From: Nitrospirota bacterium
GTDB taxonomy: Bacteria; Nitrospirota; UBA9217
Direction of reading: 5' to 3'
Assembly (NCBI GenBank): GCA_963755045.1
Contig: CAVWIL010000007.1
Coordinates: 485,243 to 549,242, forward strand
Length of the DNA stretch: 64,000 nucleotides
The position numbers and the translations under genes were made by a program. Below are positions 1 through 10,508 of this stretch, one piece after another (position 1 is the stretch's first letter; every line of letters begins with the position of its first letter). The notes below the pieces were generated by a model. It made no database searches and was not told where the DNA came from. It saw only the letters and a list, made by a program, of their open reading frames with translations.

Positions 1-578
1 ATCCCCTTGCGGCATTTGAGGCGGACATCAAGCGCTACGCCACGGCAACCACGGAGACGCTCGAGAGCATACCCGACGGCAGGGAAGTGACCATCTGCGG
101 GGTCATCTCGGGACTCAAACCCAAGATGACAAAGAAGAACGAGAAAATGGCGATCCTGAATTTTGAAGACCTCTTTGGAACCATTGAGGTCATCATCTTC
201 CCTGACCTGTACAAAACCGCGCAGCATATGCTGCTGACCGACACACCGCTCATCGTGGCAGGCCAGCTCGATAAAAGCGAACAGGGCAACAAGATCAAGG
301 CCGTGCGCCTCCATCTCCTTGCGGACGTGAAGAAAAAAGGCACGACCAGGATGGATATCAATTTGAACGCAACAGGTCTGACGCAGGACGACCTCCTGAA
401 GATCAAGGATATCCTGCTCCGCTACCGGGGCTCCATCCCCGTCTATTTTCGCCTCCAGAACCCAGCCCGGAAGGAATCCCTCATCTCCGTGGGCCGGGAG
501 ATCCGGGTCAACCCCAACGAACAGCTCATTGCCGAGATCGAGTCCGTTCTCGGCGCCGGCGTCGTGTCGCTGGGATAG
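1..578 (+). CDS. dnaE: DNA polymerase III alpha subunit, C-terminal OB-fold/tail fragment (5' end lies outside window)
   Basis: ORF 87..578 is open to the window edge in the same frame. The translation (DLFGTIEVIIFPDLY ... LIVAGQLD) matches the C-terminal region of DnaE. Confidence 0.65.
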   Translation, partial: PLAAFEADIKRYATATTETLESIPDGREVTICGVISGLKPKMTKKNEKMAILNFEDLFGTIEVIIFPDLYKTAQHMLLTDTPLIVAGQLDKSEQGNKIKAVRLHLLADVKKKGTTRMDINLNATGLTQDDLLKIKDILLRYRGSIPVYFRLQNPARKESLISVGREIRVNPNEQLIAEIESVLGAGVVSLG

Positions 579-1475
579 AAGAGGGATAAAATGGGCGTGC
601 AAATGCTGGTGGATCGCTACCAGACGTTCCGATTGATTCCTTCCGCGGTGGTTCGCTGATCAGGTGATCACATATTTCGATCTAAGGTATGAATTATATG
701 ATCAAATTTCTAGCCAATAGTTTCTTCCTGTAACATTGGAGTTTCCTTTCTTCGCAACAATTCAAAGTTACATTCAGAAATTATCAGCGTCTCGCCTAAA
801 AATGCCCTGCCCTATACTGCCCGACCCCGGGGAATAAACCAACTATGTGACAGGTACACTGATTTCCCCTCCTCCAGTTCAGGCCAGATCATCGTTTTCC
901 CGATAGGTATTGTCAAAGATTGGTACCACTGTTATGTGTCGGCAAACTAGACATAATTTAATTAGTATAATGAACATTCTATTTCAGAATATTTCATAAT
1001 GTATCAATGGTACGCAAGAGCTTTACTATAACCGCCCAATTTCTTTCAGTATATTTATACAATATTCTCTGCAGTTTCTCTTCCAATAAATATCGGATAA
1101 TTTTACGGCTCAATCAAGTAGATAGCAAAATGCTTTTAATATCAATATCTTATGTTGGGGCACGATAATTGCTCAGTTATTTAGAGAATTATCAGGACCT
1201 AAAGAAGCATGAGTAAAAAGAGGGGACTATGGAAAGGCACAATACATTGCATGATTGTAGGTGGCCGATGGATCTGATATTTTCTAAACGAGGTGAAGGA
1301 TTATGGATGAAATGTTTGGTCGCCAATCTTTCCTGAAGTTCTTGCGGTTGCCATTCTTTGCAACATAGAAGGGATCAACCCAAATTCGTTAGCGTCGATC
1401 CTTAAAAAAACACCCTCTTGAGTTTTCTGGTAAATTTCGCTGGTTAGTATAAGTAGAATAGCCCGAAAGGGCGCC

Positions 1476-1676
1476 ATGATGAAACGCATAAGTTCGAGAA
1501 AATATAAAACAAGCGCGATCTGCAGCCGCTTCGATATCTCCCGCGCCACACTCGTTCGATGGGAGAGTGAAGGTTTGTTGACAGAGATTGAGCGTGACTG
1601 GCGTGGCTGGAGAGTCTACACCGAGTGCAATCTTAAAAAGATTGAAAAAATCATAAAGAGCAGGAGCGCCTTTTGA
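1476..1676 (+). CDS. small MerR-type helix-turn-helix DNA-binding protein (excisionase/MerR N-terminal-domain-like, 66 aa)
   Basis: MerR-like HTH pattern (ICSRFDISRATLVRWESEGLL ... RVYTECNLKKIEKI). It follows a 900-bp AT-rich non-coding stretch. Confidence 0.45.
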   Translation: MMKRISSRKYKTSAICSRFDISRATLVRWESEGLLTEIERDWRGWRVYTECNLKKIEKIIKSRSAF

Positions 1677-1837
1677 TAGGGCGTACAAGTGGATTAAAGA
1701 ACGATGATATTTACCAAGAAAACGGAGTCCACAAGACTGGACATAGGATCAACCTTCAGCAAGTTTTTCCAGTTGAACGGCTCTAATAAGAGTTCGAAAA
1801 GCAAGAGTCCCATAAAACCATAAAGACGGAGGTAACC

Positions 1838-2137
1838 TTGACAAAGGCAGAAATCATCTCAGAAGTTTTTGATAAGGTCGGTTTGCCAAAGCAGGCTGCT
1901 GACGAGATGGTGAAGATGATTCTAGATTCAATTAAGCAAAAGCTGAAGGAGGGAGAAAACGTAAAGCTTTCCGGCTTCGGGAACTTCGTCATTAGGAAGA
2001 AGAGCTCCCGGAAAGGCCGCAACCCCAGGACAGGCCAGGAGATCGATATCAGCTCGCGAAAAGTTGTCAGTTTCAAGCCGAGCATGATTTTCAAAGAACA
2101 TGTCATCGAAACTTCAACTAAAGTTACCAGCGAATAG
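1838..2137 (+). CDS. ihfA: integration host factor alpha subunit (HU/IHF family)
   Basis: TTG start at 1838 with a GGAGG RBS at 1828-1832. KLSGFGNF and RKGRNPRTG motifs are typical of IHF-alpha. Confidence 0.8.
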   Translation: MTKAEIISEVFDKVGLPKQAADEMVKMILDSIKQKLKEGENVKLSGFGNFVIRKKSSRKGRNPRTGQEIDISSRKVVSFKPSMIFKEHVIETSTKVTSE

Positions 2138-2275
2138 GTTTTTCGAGGTCCGTTCTCCAATAGTCTGTGCTTTAGTCCAAATATACACGTTTCAATTACA
2201 CGCACCTAAACATCTAAAATATTCCACGATAAAGCCAAACCCTTCGCGAGAGGGGGACGGAAAGCGGCGGATCAC

Positions 2276-2866
2276 ATGTGCACCCATCAGAAAATATCCA
2301 AAAAGAAAATCGGCGAACTCCTGATCGAGGCGAGTTATGTACAACCGCATCAAATCGATCACGGCTTAAAGCTCCAGCAAAAACTCGTGACCGCGGCTCT
2401 TGTTGCGGCGCTATCGATGGCGAACGTAGTCGGCGTCCAGGAGGCTTGCGCTGGGAGCTCCGCAGGCTCCGTAGCGAGCGCAAAAGTCACTATCAGCGCC
2501 AGGGTCCTTGAAAGCACGAGAATGCAAATACTCAACCAGGTTCAGGAATTGGTTGTTACCGACGCGGATATTATGCGCGGCTATGTGGAAGTTCCCTCGG
2601 CCTCCCGCGTTACGGTTAAGAGCAATAACCCTTCAGGATATTTGCTGTCATTCGAAGTCATGAGCGGGACCGATGCTATTTTTCATACAGTGAATGTGAT
2701 CGTAGGCGGCCGTGATGTTCAGCTGTCACCAGGCGGGAGTTGGATCCCCCAGCCGTACAACCGGGGTGGTGTAACGACGGATGTGAGTTATCGGTTTGCT
2801 CTGGGAAAGAGCGCTCGGCCGGGGACCTACAGCTGGCCGGTGATGGTCTCTGTCCAGTCGATGTAG
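2276..2866 (+). CDS. hypothetical exported or membrane-anchored protein with a MshEN-like N-terminal motif
   Basis: N-terminus KKIGELLIEASYVQPHQIDHGLKLQQK resembles the RLGxxLLxxGLIxxxxLxxxLxxQ c-di-GMP-binding MshEN motif. It is followed by a hydrophobic segment LVTAALVAALSMANVVGV and a beta-rich region. The start codon is uncertain. Confidence 0.3.
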   Translation: MCTHQKISKKKIGELLIEASYVQPHQIDHGLKLQQKLVTAALVAALSMANVVGVQEACAGSSAGSVASAKVTISARVLESTRMQILNQVQELVVTDADIMRGYVEVPSASRVTVKSNNPSGYLLSFEVMSGTDAIFHTVNVIVGGRDVQLSPGGSWIPQPYNRGGVTTDVSYRFALGKSARPGTYSWPVMVSVQSM

Positions 2867-3109
2867 ATAATCCGCTTGGTAATAACAGTAATAAAGCGCA
2901 AGAGCTCCTCGGTGAGGAGCTCATCAAGCTACAAGCTGTAACGGTGCTTGTATTTCACTGTCTACGCTTTAGTGCCCAGATTCACACCTCAAATTATAAC
3001 TTCAAGTTGACTCTATGAAATCCTGCGTGATACACTCCTTTAATTTGACCTTGGTAATTAGATAATGTATGATATAAAAAAATAGGGCACTAAACAGAGG
3101 AGGGCTATC

Positions 3110-3331
3110 GTGCCGAAACAGAATTGTTGGGAGTTCAAGAAATGCGGCCGCGAGGTTGGTGGAGTAAAAGAAAAGGAGCTCGGGACGTGTCCAGCAAACG
3201 TAACACGGGAATTGGATGGGACCCACGGCGGCAAGAACGCGGGCAGGGCTTGCTGGATAGTGTCGGGTACGATGTGCGGGTCGTCAAACAAGAGGAGGGC
3301 AACAAATACATTTTTGCCCCGTCTCTTCTGA
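3110..3331 (+). CDS. small cysteine/tryptophan-rich protein resembling the 'two-CW' sensory domain of deltaproteobacterial signalling proteins
   Basis: GTG start preceded by a GAGGAGG RBS. Two copies of a C-W-containing motif: NCWEFKKCGRE ... GTCPA ... GRACWIVSGTMCG. Lies immediately upstream of a PAS-GGDEF gene. The family assignment is from memory. Confidence 0.5.
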   Translation: MPKQNCWEFKKCGREVGGVKEKELGTCPANVTRELDGTHGGKNAGRACWIVSGTMCGSSNKRRATNTFLPRLF

Positions 3332-3495
3332 ACAAGGTACGTAAGGCGTAAGCAGCCTCTTGTACATAATACGGAGGATCAGATGGAAAATAAAATGTTT
3401 GCAAAAAAACTCTTTACAGTTTCTCTTATACTGTTTTTCCACGTTTGTGGCAGTGACGCTGGTTCCCTTTTGTTAGGAACATTAAAATAGCGGAG

Positions 3496-4392
3496 GTGGT
3501 CTTGTCCAGCAATCAAGAGTTGCAACTATTCCGTAAACTCATCCACAAAACAAATGACGCTATCTTTATAGCAGACGCAGAAACAGCACGCATTATCGAC
3601 GTCAATGACATGGCATGCACAAGCACGGGTTACAACCGGGAGGAACTTCTCTCCATGCATGTTATGGATATGGATGCAGTTACAATAACGCCTTCCCAGT
3701 GGAAAGAGCAGGTAAAGGCGTTCCGGGAAAAGGGGAATATTATTGAAGCTTCGCATAGGCGAAAAGACGGCACAACCTTCCCTGTTGAGATAAGTGTCAG
3801 CTATTATCCCCTTGATGACCATAATGGGTACATAATCGGCATCGCCCGTGACATAACCGATCGCAATAGGGCAAACGAGGAGCTGAAACGTCTACATGAG
3901 ATCCTTATACGTCAGGCATCAAGCGATCCTCTGACCGGAATATTCAACCGGACAAAATTCAATGAGGTCTTGGGGATAGAGATCGCTCGGTCTAAACGGT
4001 TCACACTACCTCTCTCGCTCATCATGATGGACATTGACCGTTTCAAGGAAATAAACGACACCTATGGACATAATGTCGGCGACAATGTTTTGCGGGAATT
4101 CGCTTCAAGAGTGTCAAAGTTCATTAGAAAGAATGATCTCTTCACAAGATGGGGCGGTGAAGAGTTTATGATTTTGGTCACTAATGTGACAAGAAGCGGC
4201 ACAGTGATATTTGCCGAGAAGCTCCGCCTTGAGATTGAAGCGTTCGACTTCTCGCCAGTTGGGCGTATAACCTGCAGTTTTGGCGTGACTGAATTCGAAA
4301 AAAACGACACTATCGATTCTTTCATAAAGAAAGCGGATATTGCCCTGTATCGTGCAAAATCTGCTGGAAGGAATCGGGTAGAATCGAGTTAA
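3496..4392 (+). CDS. PAS-domain diguanylate cyclase (GGDEF domain, GGEEF active site)
   Basis: PAS region followed by a GGDEF domain (RWGGEEF, DRFKEINDTYGH). Possible TTG start at 3502, 6 nt after a GGAGG RBS. Confidence 0.9.
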   Translation: MVLSSNQELQLFRKLIHKTNDAIFIADAETARIIDVNDMACTSTGYNREELLSMHVMDMDAVTITPSQWKEQVKAFREKGNIIEASHRRKDGTTFPVEISVSYYPLDDHNGYIIGIARDITDRNRANEELKRLHEILIRQASSDPLTGIFNRTKFNEVLGIEIARSKRFTLPLSLIMMDIDRFKEINDTYGHNVGDNVLREFASRVSKFIRKNDLFTRWGGEEFMILVTNVTRSGTVIFAEKLRLEIEAFDFSPVGRITCSFGVTEFEKNDTIDSFIKKADIALYRAKSAGRNRVESS

Positions 4393-4667
4393 CAATAAAT
4401 CACAAAACTGAATAGACAAAATCGCTTCGAGAGGGTCGCTGAAAAACGCGCACCTAAAGCGAAGCGTTCATGTGCGAGTTTCAATCGGTCATCGTGAATT
4501 CTACTGACCAATCGGAATTCCATAGTAGTAGGTGTAGGTGACGAAATCTATCTGCATGGCACGATACTGATTTACTGCTTGAAGTATGTACTGCCGCCCG
4601 GCGATAACAACATCCTTTACGAAAATAATTTGACGCATTAGCCTTTATTTTGTTTGGGAGTGTAACA

Positions 4668-5105
4668 ATGAACGATCTACTGTTAGAAGGCTATCCGATT
4701 GTAATAGAAATTCCCGTTGCCTGGGGCGAGATGGATTCATTCCAGCATGTGAACAACATCGTTTACTTCCGCTACTTCGAGAGTGCGCGCATTCTCTACT
4801 CCGAGAAGCTCGGACTGCACAGGATGAAAGACGAGACCGGCATCGGCCCCATCCTCGGTTCGACGAGCTGTTCGTACAAACTTCCCCTCACCTATCCCGA
4901 TACGGTCTCAGTAGGCACAAAGGTCACGGGCATCGAAGAAGACCGGTTCAAAATGAAATATGTGGTCGTGAGCCACCGTCACCAGAGGATCGCCGCTGAA
5001 GGCGACGGTGTGGTCGTGATGTACAATTATCGCGAAGGCAGGAAGGTTGCGGTCCCGGAAGAAATAAAGAAGCGGATCCTTGCCATGGAAAAAGGATCAG
5101 GTTAG
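4668..5105 (+). CDS. acyl-CoA thioesterase, 4HBT/YbgC-like hotdog fold
   Basis: ATG at 4668 after a GGGAG RBS. Hotdog-fold thioesterase pattern (VAWGEMDSFQHVNNIVYFRYFE). Confidence 0.7.
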   Translation: MNDLLLEGYPIVIEIPVAWGEMDSFQHVNNIVYFRYFESARILYSEKLGLHRMKDETGIGPILGSTSCSYKLPLTYPDTVSVGTKVTGIEEDRFKMKYVVVSHRHQRIAAEGDGVVVMYNYREGRKVAVPEEIKKRILAMEKGSG

Positions 5106-5298
5106 ACGAGTAATTGGATTGAATCGTATGGTAATGAGGTTTGAGCGGGTCTGAAAAAATAAATAGCGTAGCGAGTTATAAATCTCTTTACATAAGCCGT
5201 CATTCTGAGCGCAGCGAAGAATCTTGTATTTTCAGGCCGATGCCGGACCCTTCACTCTTCAGGGTGACAGCTTAAGAAAAGAAGTTACACCCACTTCA

Positions 5299-6739
5299 CT
5301 AGGTCGTATCTCTCGAAGGAATTTTAAGTTTTTGACCGACACGGAGGTGTTTTCCATGCTTGAGGTTGTTCGTCTCCACGATCCTCTGGATGCTTGTGCG
5401 ATATCGTATCGCGATCGTCGAAAGGGTTTCTCCCCTTCTCACCCGATGAACAACATATTTGACCTGCGGAGGAGACCATTTTGGCAGGGTATCGATTTTG
5501 GCAAGCAGCGCGTCTTTCATTCCAAAAGGGACCTTGAGGTCATATACCGTATTCGGCGTGGCCGCGTACCGCAGCTCGGCGTTCAGGTTCACCAGGTCAT
5601 CATATGAACAAGAGATATTTTCCGAGATTTTTGAGAGTTGCAAAGGCTTTTCAATGGCCACGACTTCATAGGGAATGCGTTTTTCCAGTTCATCAAAGGT
5701 GAAGCCGTACTTGGCCGGATCTTTGAGGATCGTGAGGACAGCGAGGAAGCGCGGATAGTACCGGGCTGTCTCGCGCGGAAGCCGCCCATAGAGGTCCCAG
5801 AAATTATCGAGGTAGTCGATCTTCTGCTGCCTGATGACCCGTAACACGTTCCCTTCCCCGCAATTGTACGCAGCGAGCACTGTTGCCCAGTCGCCGAACA
5901 TCTGGTGGAGCTCCTTGAGGTACGCTATGGCCGCAGCCGTGGACTTATCGGGATCGAGCCGTTCATCGACCCATGAGGTGCGTTTGAGACCGAACTTATA
6001 GCCCGTTGAAGGTATGAACTGCCAGAGGCCGAGGGCACGCGCCTTGGAATAGGGCCCTAACCTTGAACCCGCTCTCGATCAGGGGGAGCCACGTGATCTC
6101 CTCGGGAATCCCTGCTTCGTGAAAGGATTTTACCATCTCGTCCCGGTATCTGCCCGAGCGCTTATAGGATTCAATAAAATAATCCCGTTCGATGGTTTGG
6201 AAAGACTTGATCTCACGCTCCACATGTTCATTCATGACAAGGGGTATTTCCTTGTGCAGGCCGTTCACCGAAGTGAGGCGCGACGTATATATCTCCATGA
6301 GCCTCTTCGAGATCACGAACCGCAGATCATCCTTCTGCTGGCTGCTCTTTCCTTCAGCGTCCGCCGGCGTTTTCAGGATGAGTGCGTATGCATGGTCCAG
6401 GGCCTCGACAGCTTTCTCGGCATCTCCCGCCGCCCAGAGCTCATGTGAGGTCTCAGTAAGTTCAAGCGCTGTATCGAGGAGGCTCTCCTCTGCCGGCACA
6501 ACGTTCCCGTTCTTGGTATCTTCCTCGGGTGAATCTTCCTCGTCATCCCCCGCTTCTGCGTTTTGATCGGGTTGAGGGTTTGCCTGATCGAGCAGCACGC
6601 CGGCTGCGCCATTTTCGGCAACCGAGGACTGTAAGCTCGCGATGTGCTGAGCCGGCTTCTCCGGAGATGTGTGTGCGGCACAACCGATCAGAAGAAAAGA
6701 TGAGATGATTGCAGCGTATGATATACCGAGTGTTTTCAT
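5299..6739 (-). pseudogene. membrane-bound lytic murein transglycosylase (SLT domain plus C-terminal LysM; MltD-like lipoprotein), interrupted by a frameshift near 6045-6065
   Basis: N-terminal part (ORF 5996..6781, lipoprotein signal LLIGCAAH, IESGF) and C-terminal part (ORF 5299..5901, AYNCGEGNV and LysM) lie in different frames. The SLT motif SKARALGLWQFIPSTG is readable only after a 1-nt shift. Confidence 0.75.
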
Positions 6740-6875
6740 GTTCATGCAACGGATAGTACTCCATGTTGCACGCAAATGCAATTATTTTTTTATTGGATGT
6801 GGCTTGCCTTGCAAAACAGGATGAATAACGGTATAGTATGCGTGCTTTCTTTCCACTGTCCGGTGAACTAGGCCT

Positions 6876-7562
6876 ATGCTTACTGAATACCTCGAACAAT
6901 ACGCGCTCATCTCGCTCGAAAAACAGGACAAGCTGGAGCTTCTTCTCGGCGACCATACGTATGTTCTCGATCTCGATTCCGGGAAGATCCGGTTCAACGA
7001 CAATCTCGAATTTCCCTTTCAGGTTCTCGGCACAGAGTCAGATAATACCCTGATCTGGCTTTGGGCGTGGGCTGATGAGCAGACAGAGGAGGTCCCGGTG
7101 GAACTGGTGCAGGCATCCCGTGAACTCAGGGACTGGGGATTGCGAGAGCGCGTGCAAGAATTTACCCTTCCTTCCGTTGACCTGCACAGAGCCGATGGCT
7201 ATGTACTTTCGCTGATTGCCAGCGAGCTCTGCAAGGCGAGCTGCTATTTCCGGGATGCATACGAAGGCGGATCGGCATTTCTCCTTCTTTACGACAAATT
7301 GATAGACGCACAGCCCTTCTTTGACCTGTCACGCTTATCACGCAGGTTCCTTGACCTGATCTCCCGGTATGATATCAACCATCGAAAGGCGCTCCTCTCC
7401 TATTTCCGGTTAAGGAGTCTATCCCCTGCAGAGACGGGCCCCACCATCACCTGCGAACTCGACTCCGGAGAACGGTTAAGCGCTGAGTTTGATGATGCAA
7501 GGTCGTCTGACGCGGTTGAACGGAGAAGCGATTACCACATGATGTCGGTGAGATACCTTTAG
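6876..7562 (+). CDS. hypothetical protein (228 aa)
   Basis: Long ORF with ordinary composition and no family recognised. Confidence 0.4.
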   Translation: MLTEYLEQYALISLEKQDKLELLLGDHTYVLDLDSGKIRFNDNLEFPFQVLGTESDNTLIWLWAWADEQTEEVPVELVQASRELRDWGLRERVQEFTLPSVDLHRADGYVLSLIASELCKASCYFRDAYEGGSAFLLLYDKLIDAQPFFDLSRLSRRFLDLISRYDINHRKALLSYFRLRSLSPAETGPTITCELDSGERLSAEFDDARSSDAVERRSDYHMMSVRYL

Positions 7563-7625
7563 TAATTACGATAGGATCGAATTCTGCTCAACATGGAAAG
7601 AAAATCTAAAAACTATTTCACTACA

Positions 7626-7774
7626 GATTAACACGGAATGACACATCCTGCACTCGCGTTACCACTCGTAAACGCTGGGCGCAGGCTGATTGAAATAAAT
7701 AAGGACTCAATCTTGAATTCTTATCCGTGCTCATCGATGTACATCCGCGGTGAAAATGAATTTATTTATGGTTC
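7626..7774 (+). repeat. dispersed intergenic repeat family R1, copy a (carries a ~40-bp insertion relative to copy b)
   Basis: Shares GATTAACACGGAaTGACAC ... CTTGAATTCTTATCCGTGcTCATC ... ATGAATTTATTTATgGTTCCGG with 8656..8772. Contains an internal CACGGA/ATCCGTG inverted repeat. Confidence 0.8.
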
Positions 7775-7801
7775 CGGCTTGTCCAGGTCAGGGAGTTATT
7801 C

Positions 7802-8590
7802 ATGAACTTGCTTGAAAACCTCGAAAGAAAATTCCGGCGCTATGCCGTTCACAACGTGACCCTCTACCTTGTTCTCGGCCAGGTGCTCTTTTTTGTATTC
7901 GCCCTATCCGGCAGGTTCATCCTCGAGCGCGTAGTGCTTATCCCCGAGTATGTGCTTGCGGGTGAGTGGTGGCGGCTCATCACGTTCCTGTTCATCCCCC
8001 CAGTTACCAGCCCGATATTCGCATTTTTCGCCTGGTACCTGTTCTATCTCATGGGGAACGCACTCGAAGGCCACTGGGGGGCGTTCCGTTACAACCTCTT
8101 TCTTCTTGCCGGCTACACCATCACCGTGGCAGTATCGTTCATCATGCCCCAGTATCCGGCGACGAACGTGTTTATCGGCGGTTCCGTGTTCCTGGCCTTC
8201 GCCTTCCTGTATCCGGATTTTCAGCTGTATATCCTGTTTGTCCTCCCGGTAAAGATCAAGTGGCTGGCGCTGCTTACATGGATCGGCTATGCCTATGAGG
8301 TCCTGTTCGGCTCCTGGTCGACACGGCTGTTCGTGCTTGCCTCGATCAGCAACTTCCTTCTGTTCTTTGGAAACGATATTCTGTGGAGAATGAAGACCGG
8401 CAAACGGGTCATGGCAGCCCAGGCGAGACAGTTCTCGGGAAAAAAGGAGGCATTCCACACCTGCGCAACCTGCGGTATTACTGATCTATCTCATCCGCAG
8501 ATGGAATTTCGTTACTGCCCCGAATGCGGCGGGCTCGGGTACTGCAAGGACCATATCCTGAGCCATGTGCACAAACGTAAATCCGGATAG
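7802..8590 (+). CDS. rhomboid-like polytopic membrane protein with C-terminal zinc-ribbon (CxxC...CxxC)
   Basis: Six predicted TM helices, a GGS motif in TM4, and C-terminal CATCG ... CPECG. The His of the rhomboid dyad is not obvious, so it may be catalytically inactive. Confidence 0.45.
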   Translation: MNLLENLERKFRRYAVHNVTLYLVLGQVLFFVFALSGRFILERVVLIPEYVLAGEWWRLITFLFIPPVTSPIFAFFAWYLFYLMGNALEGHWGAFRYNLFLLAGYTITVAVSFIMPQYPATNVFIGGSVFLAFAFLYPDFQLYILFVLPVKIKWLALLTWIGYAYEVLFGSWSTRLFVLASISNFLLFFGNDILWRMKTGKRVMAAQARQFSGKKEAFHTCATCGITDLSHPQMEFRYCPECGGLGYCKDHILSHVHKRKSG

Positions 8591-8655
8591 ATTTCTTAGT
8601 TACGTACAAATATAAATTCTCAAAATGACAAAAAATCAATAGCTGTTTTACCAAG

Positions 8656-8772
8656 GATTAACACGGATTGACACTGATTGATAAAAATAAGAACTATATC
8701 TTGAATTCTTATCCGTGTTCATCAGTGTGCATCCGTGGCAAATATGAATTTATTTATCGTTCCGGTTTGTTT
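8656..8772 (+). repeat. dispersed intergenic repeat family R1, copy b
   Basis: About 85-90% identical to 7626..7774 outside the indel. Contains AACACGGAT ... ATCCGTGTT, a 9-bp stem. Confidence 0.8.
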
Positions 8773-8848
8773 TGGTTAGGATAAAGGCAGAAAGATGTGC
8801 GGGTGGTTGATGGTCGTAGCAGGATACTGAACATCTAGAATCAGGTTC

Positions 8849-9373
8849 TCATTTTCCGTCCTTCCTGTTTTTTGATAACAACGTTCCTATTTTCGCTTTC
8901 ATTTCCGGGGCATCCCATGGCCGATCGCCCAGAATCTTTTCTCTGATAATCCCATCCCGGTCGATGATATAGGTTGTTGGAAGACCAAGGACCGCATACC
9001 GATCGAAAAAAACCTGCTGGTCCTTGTCAATGAGCACGGTAAAAGTTATGCCTTTTGCCTTGATAAATGATTGGACGGGCTTTTCGGAATCGTCCGTGGA
9101 TACGGCCAACACAATGAGGCCGTCCTTCTTAAACGAAATGAAGAGATTGTTGAGAGAGGGCATTTCCTCTTTGCAGGGACCGCAAAATGTTGCCCAAAAA
9201 TTAAGGATGACCACTTTCCCCTTATACTCCGAGAGGCTGACTTTTTTCCCGTTGAGGTCAGTGAGCGCAAAATTCGGGGCAGGCTTTCCGATCTGGGGAA
9301 GTTCAAGACTGACCGCATTCCTGACGAAAAGGGTTAACCAGAGCATGATGATCGACGAAATAATTTTCCGCAT
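8849..9373 (-). CDS. thiol:disulfide oxidoreductase, TlpA/ResA family (thioredoxin fold, exported)
   Basis: Signal peptide, WATFCGPCKEEMP active site. Last gene of the heme/cytochrome cluster. Confidence 0.8.
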   Translation of the reverse strand: MRKIISSIIMLWLTLFVRNAVSLELPQIGKPAPNFALTDLNGKKVSLSEYKGKVVILNFWATFCGPCKEEMPSLNNLFISFKKDGLIVLAVSTDDSEKPVQSFIKAKGITFTVLIDKDQQVFFDRYAVLGLPTTYIIDRDGIIREKILGDRPWDAPEMKAKIGTLLSKNRKDGK

Positions 9374-9436
9374 AATGAACTTCCTTAATCGAAGGGGAAC
9401 CGTGAAGCCTGAGCCGTGAAGCGTGTAAAGTCTGTG

Positions 9437-10411
9437 CTATTTATTCAATAGCGCAGCAGCCTCCTTGGCGAAATACGTCAGGATCATGTCCGCGCCCGCT
9501 CGTTTGATCGCAATGAGCGACTCCATCATGGCGCGTTCGCCGTCGATCCATCCGAGCTTCGCCGCTGCTTTTATCATGGAGAACTCTCCGCTCACATTGT
9601 AGGCGGCAACAGGCAGGTTGAATTGCTGTTTCACCTGGTAGATGATGTCGAGATAGGCGAGCGCAGGCTTCACCATCACAATGTCCGCGCCTTCGTCGAT
9701 GTCCAGGGCGACCTCTCGCAGCGCCTCACGGCTGTTCGGAGCGTCCATTTGGTACGATCGACGATCGCCAAACTGCGGTGTCGATTCTGCCGCTTCGCGG
9801 AACGGGCCGTAGAAACTTGACGCATATTTCGCGGCATAGGACATGATCGGTATATCGTGAAAACCCTCGCCATCAAGCGACTCACGGATGGCGCCGACCC
9901 TGCCATCCATCATGTCCGATGGCGCGACCATGTCCGCGCCGGCCCTGGCATGGGAAACCGCTTCCCTGGCAAGCAACTCAAGCGTGGCGTCGTTTTGGAC
10001 CACCCCGTTCTTGATCAAGCCGCAGTGGCCGTGGCTCGTGTACTCGCAAAGACAGACGTCAGTGATCACGACAAGTTCGGGAAACTTGTTTTTGATCGCC
10101 TTGATCGCATGCTGGACAATACCCTCATCGGAGTAGGCCTCACTGCCGACCTCGTCCTTGTGCTCGGGTATGCCGAAGAGAAGCACGGCGGGAACTCCGA
10201 GGTTCTTCACCTCTTCACAATCCTTCACGATATTGTCAATGGACTGCTGATAGTTCCCGGGCATGGACCCGATCTCTTTCTTCATGCCCTTGCCGTGAGT
10301 GACAAAAAGCGGATAGATGAGATTATCGGGGGAAAGCGTTGTCTCCCGGACCATGCGACGTATGTTCTCGTTGGACCGAAGCCTTCTCGGCCGATATACC
10401 GGCTGAAACAT
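9437..10411 (-). CDS. hemB: porphobilinogen synthase (delta-aminolevulinic acid dehydratase)
   Basis: Full-length HemB similarity. Internal ATG at 10411 preceded by an AGGAG RBS gives the canonical N-terminus [12 protein letters not shown]. Confidence 0.9.
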   Translation of the reverse strand: MFQPVYRPRRLRSNENIRRMVRETTLSPDNLIYPLFVTHGKGMKKEIGSMPGNYQQSIDNIVKDCEEVKNLGVPAVLLFGIPEHKDEVGSEAYSDEGIVQHAIKAIKNKFPELVVITDVCLCEYTSHGHCGLIKNGVVQNDATLELLAREAVSHARAGADMVAPSDMMDGRVGAIRESLDGEGFHDIPIMSYAAKYASSFYGPFREAAESTPQFGDRRSYQMDAPNSREALREVALDIDEGADIVMVKPALAYLDIIYQVKQQFNLPVAAYNVSGEFSMIKAAAKLGWIDGERAMMESLIAIKRAGADMILTYFAKEAAALLNK

Positions 10412-10508
10412 GGGATCTCCTGAAATCTGCAGAGGGCATGGGGCATAGCGCTTGGTGTACAACCCTCTGCGCTTTGCTCTCTGCTCTATGCGATGCTAAA
10501 AAAATAAT

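Noticed and set aside
4560-4590. Sigma-54 promoter at TGGCACGATACTGATTTACTGCTT upstream of the thioesterase gene
   Set aside because: The -12 element GC is not at the required spacing from the -24 GG, so it was not called.
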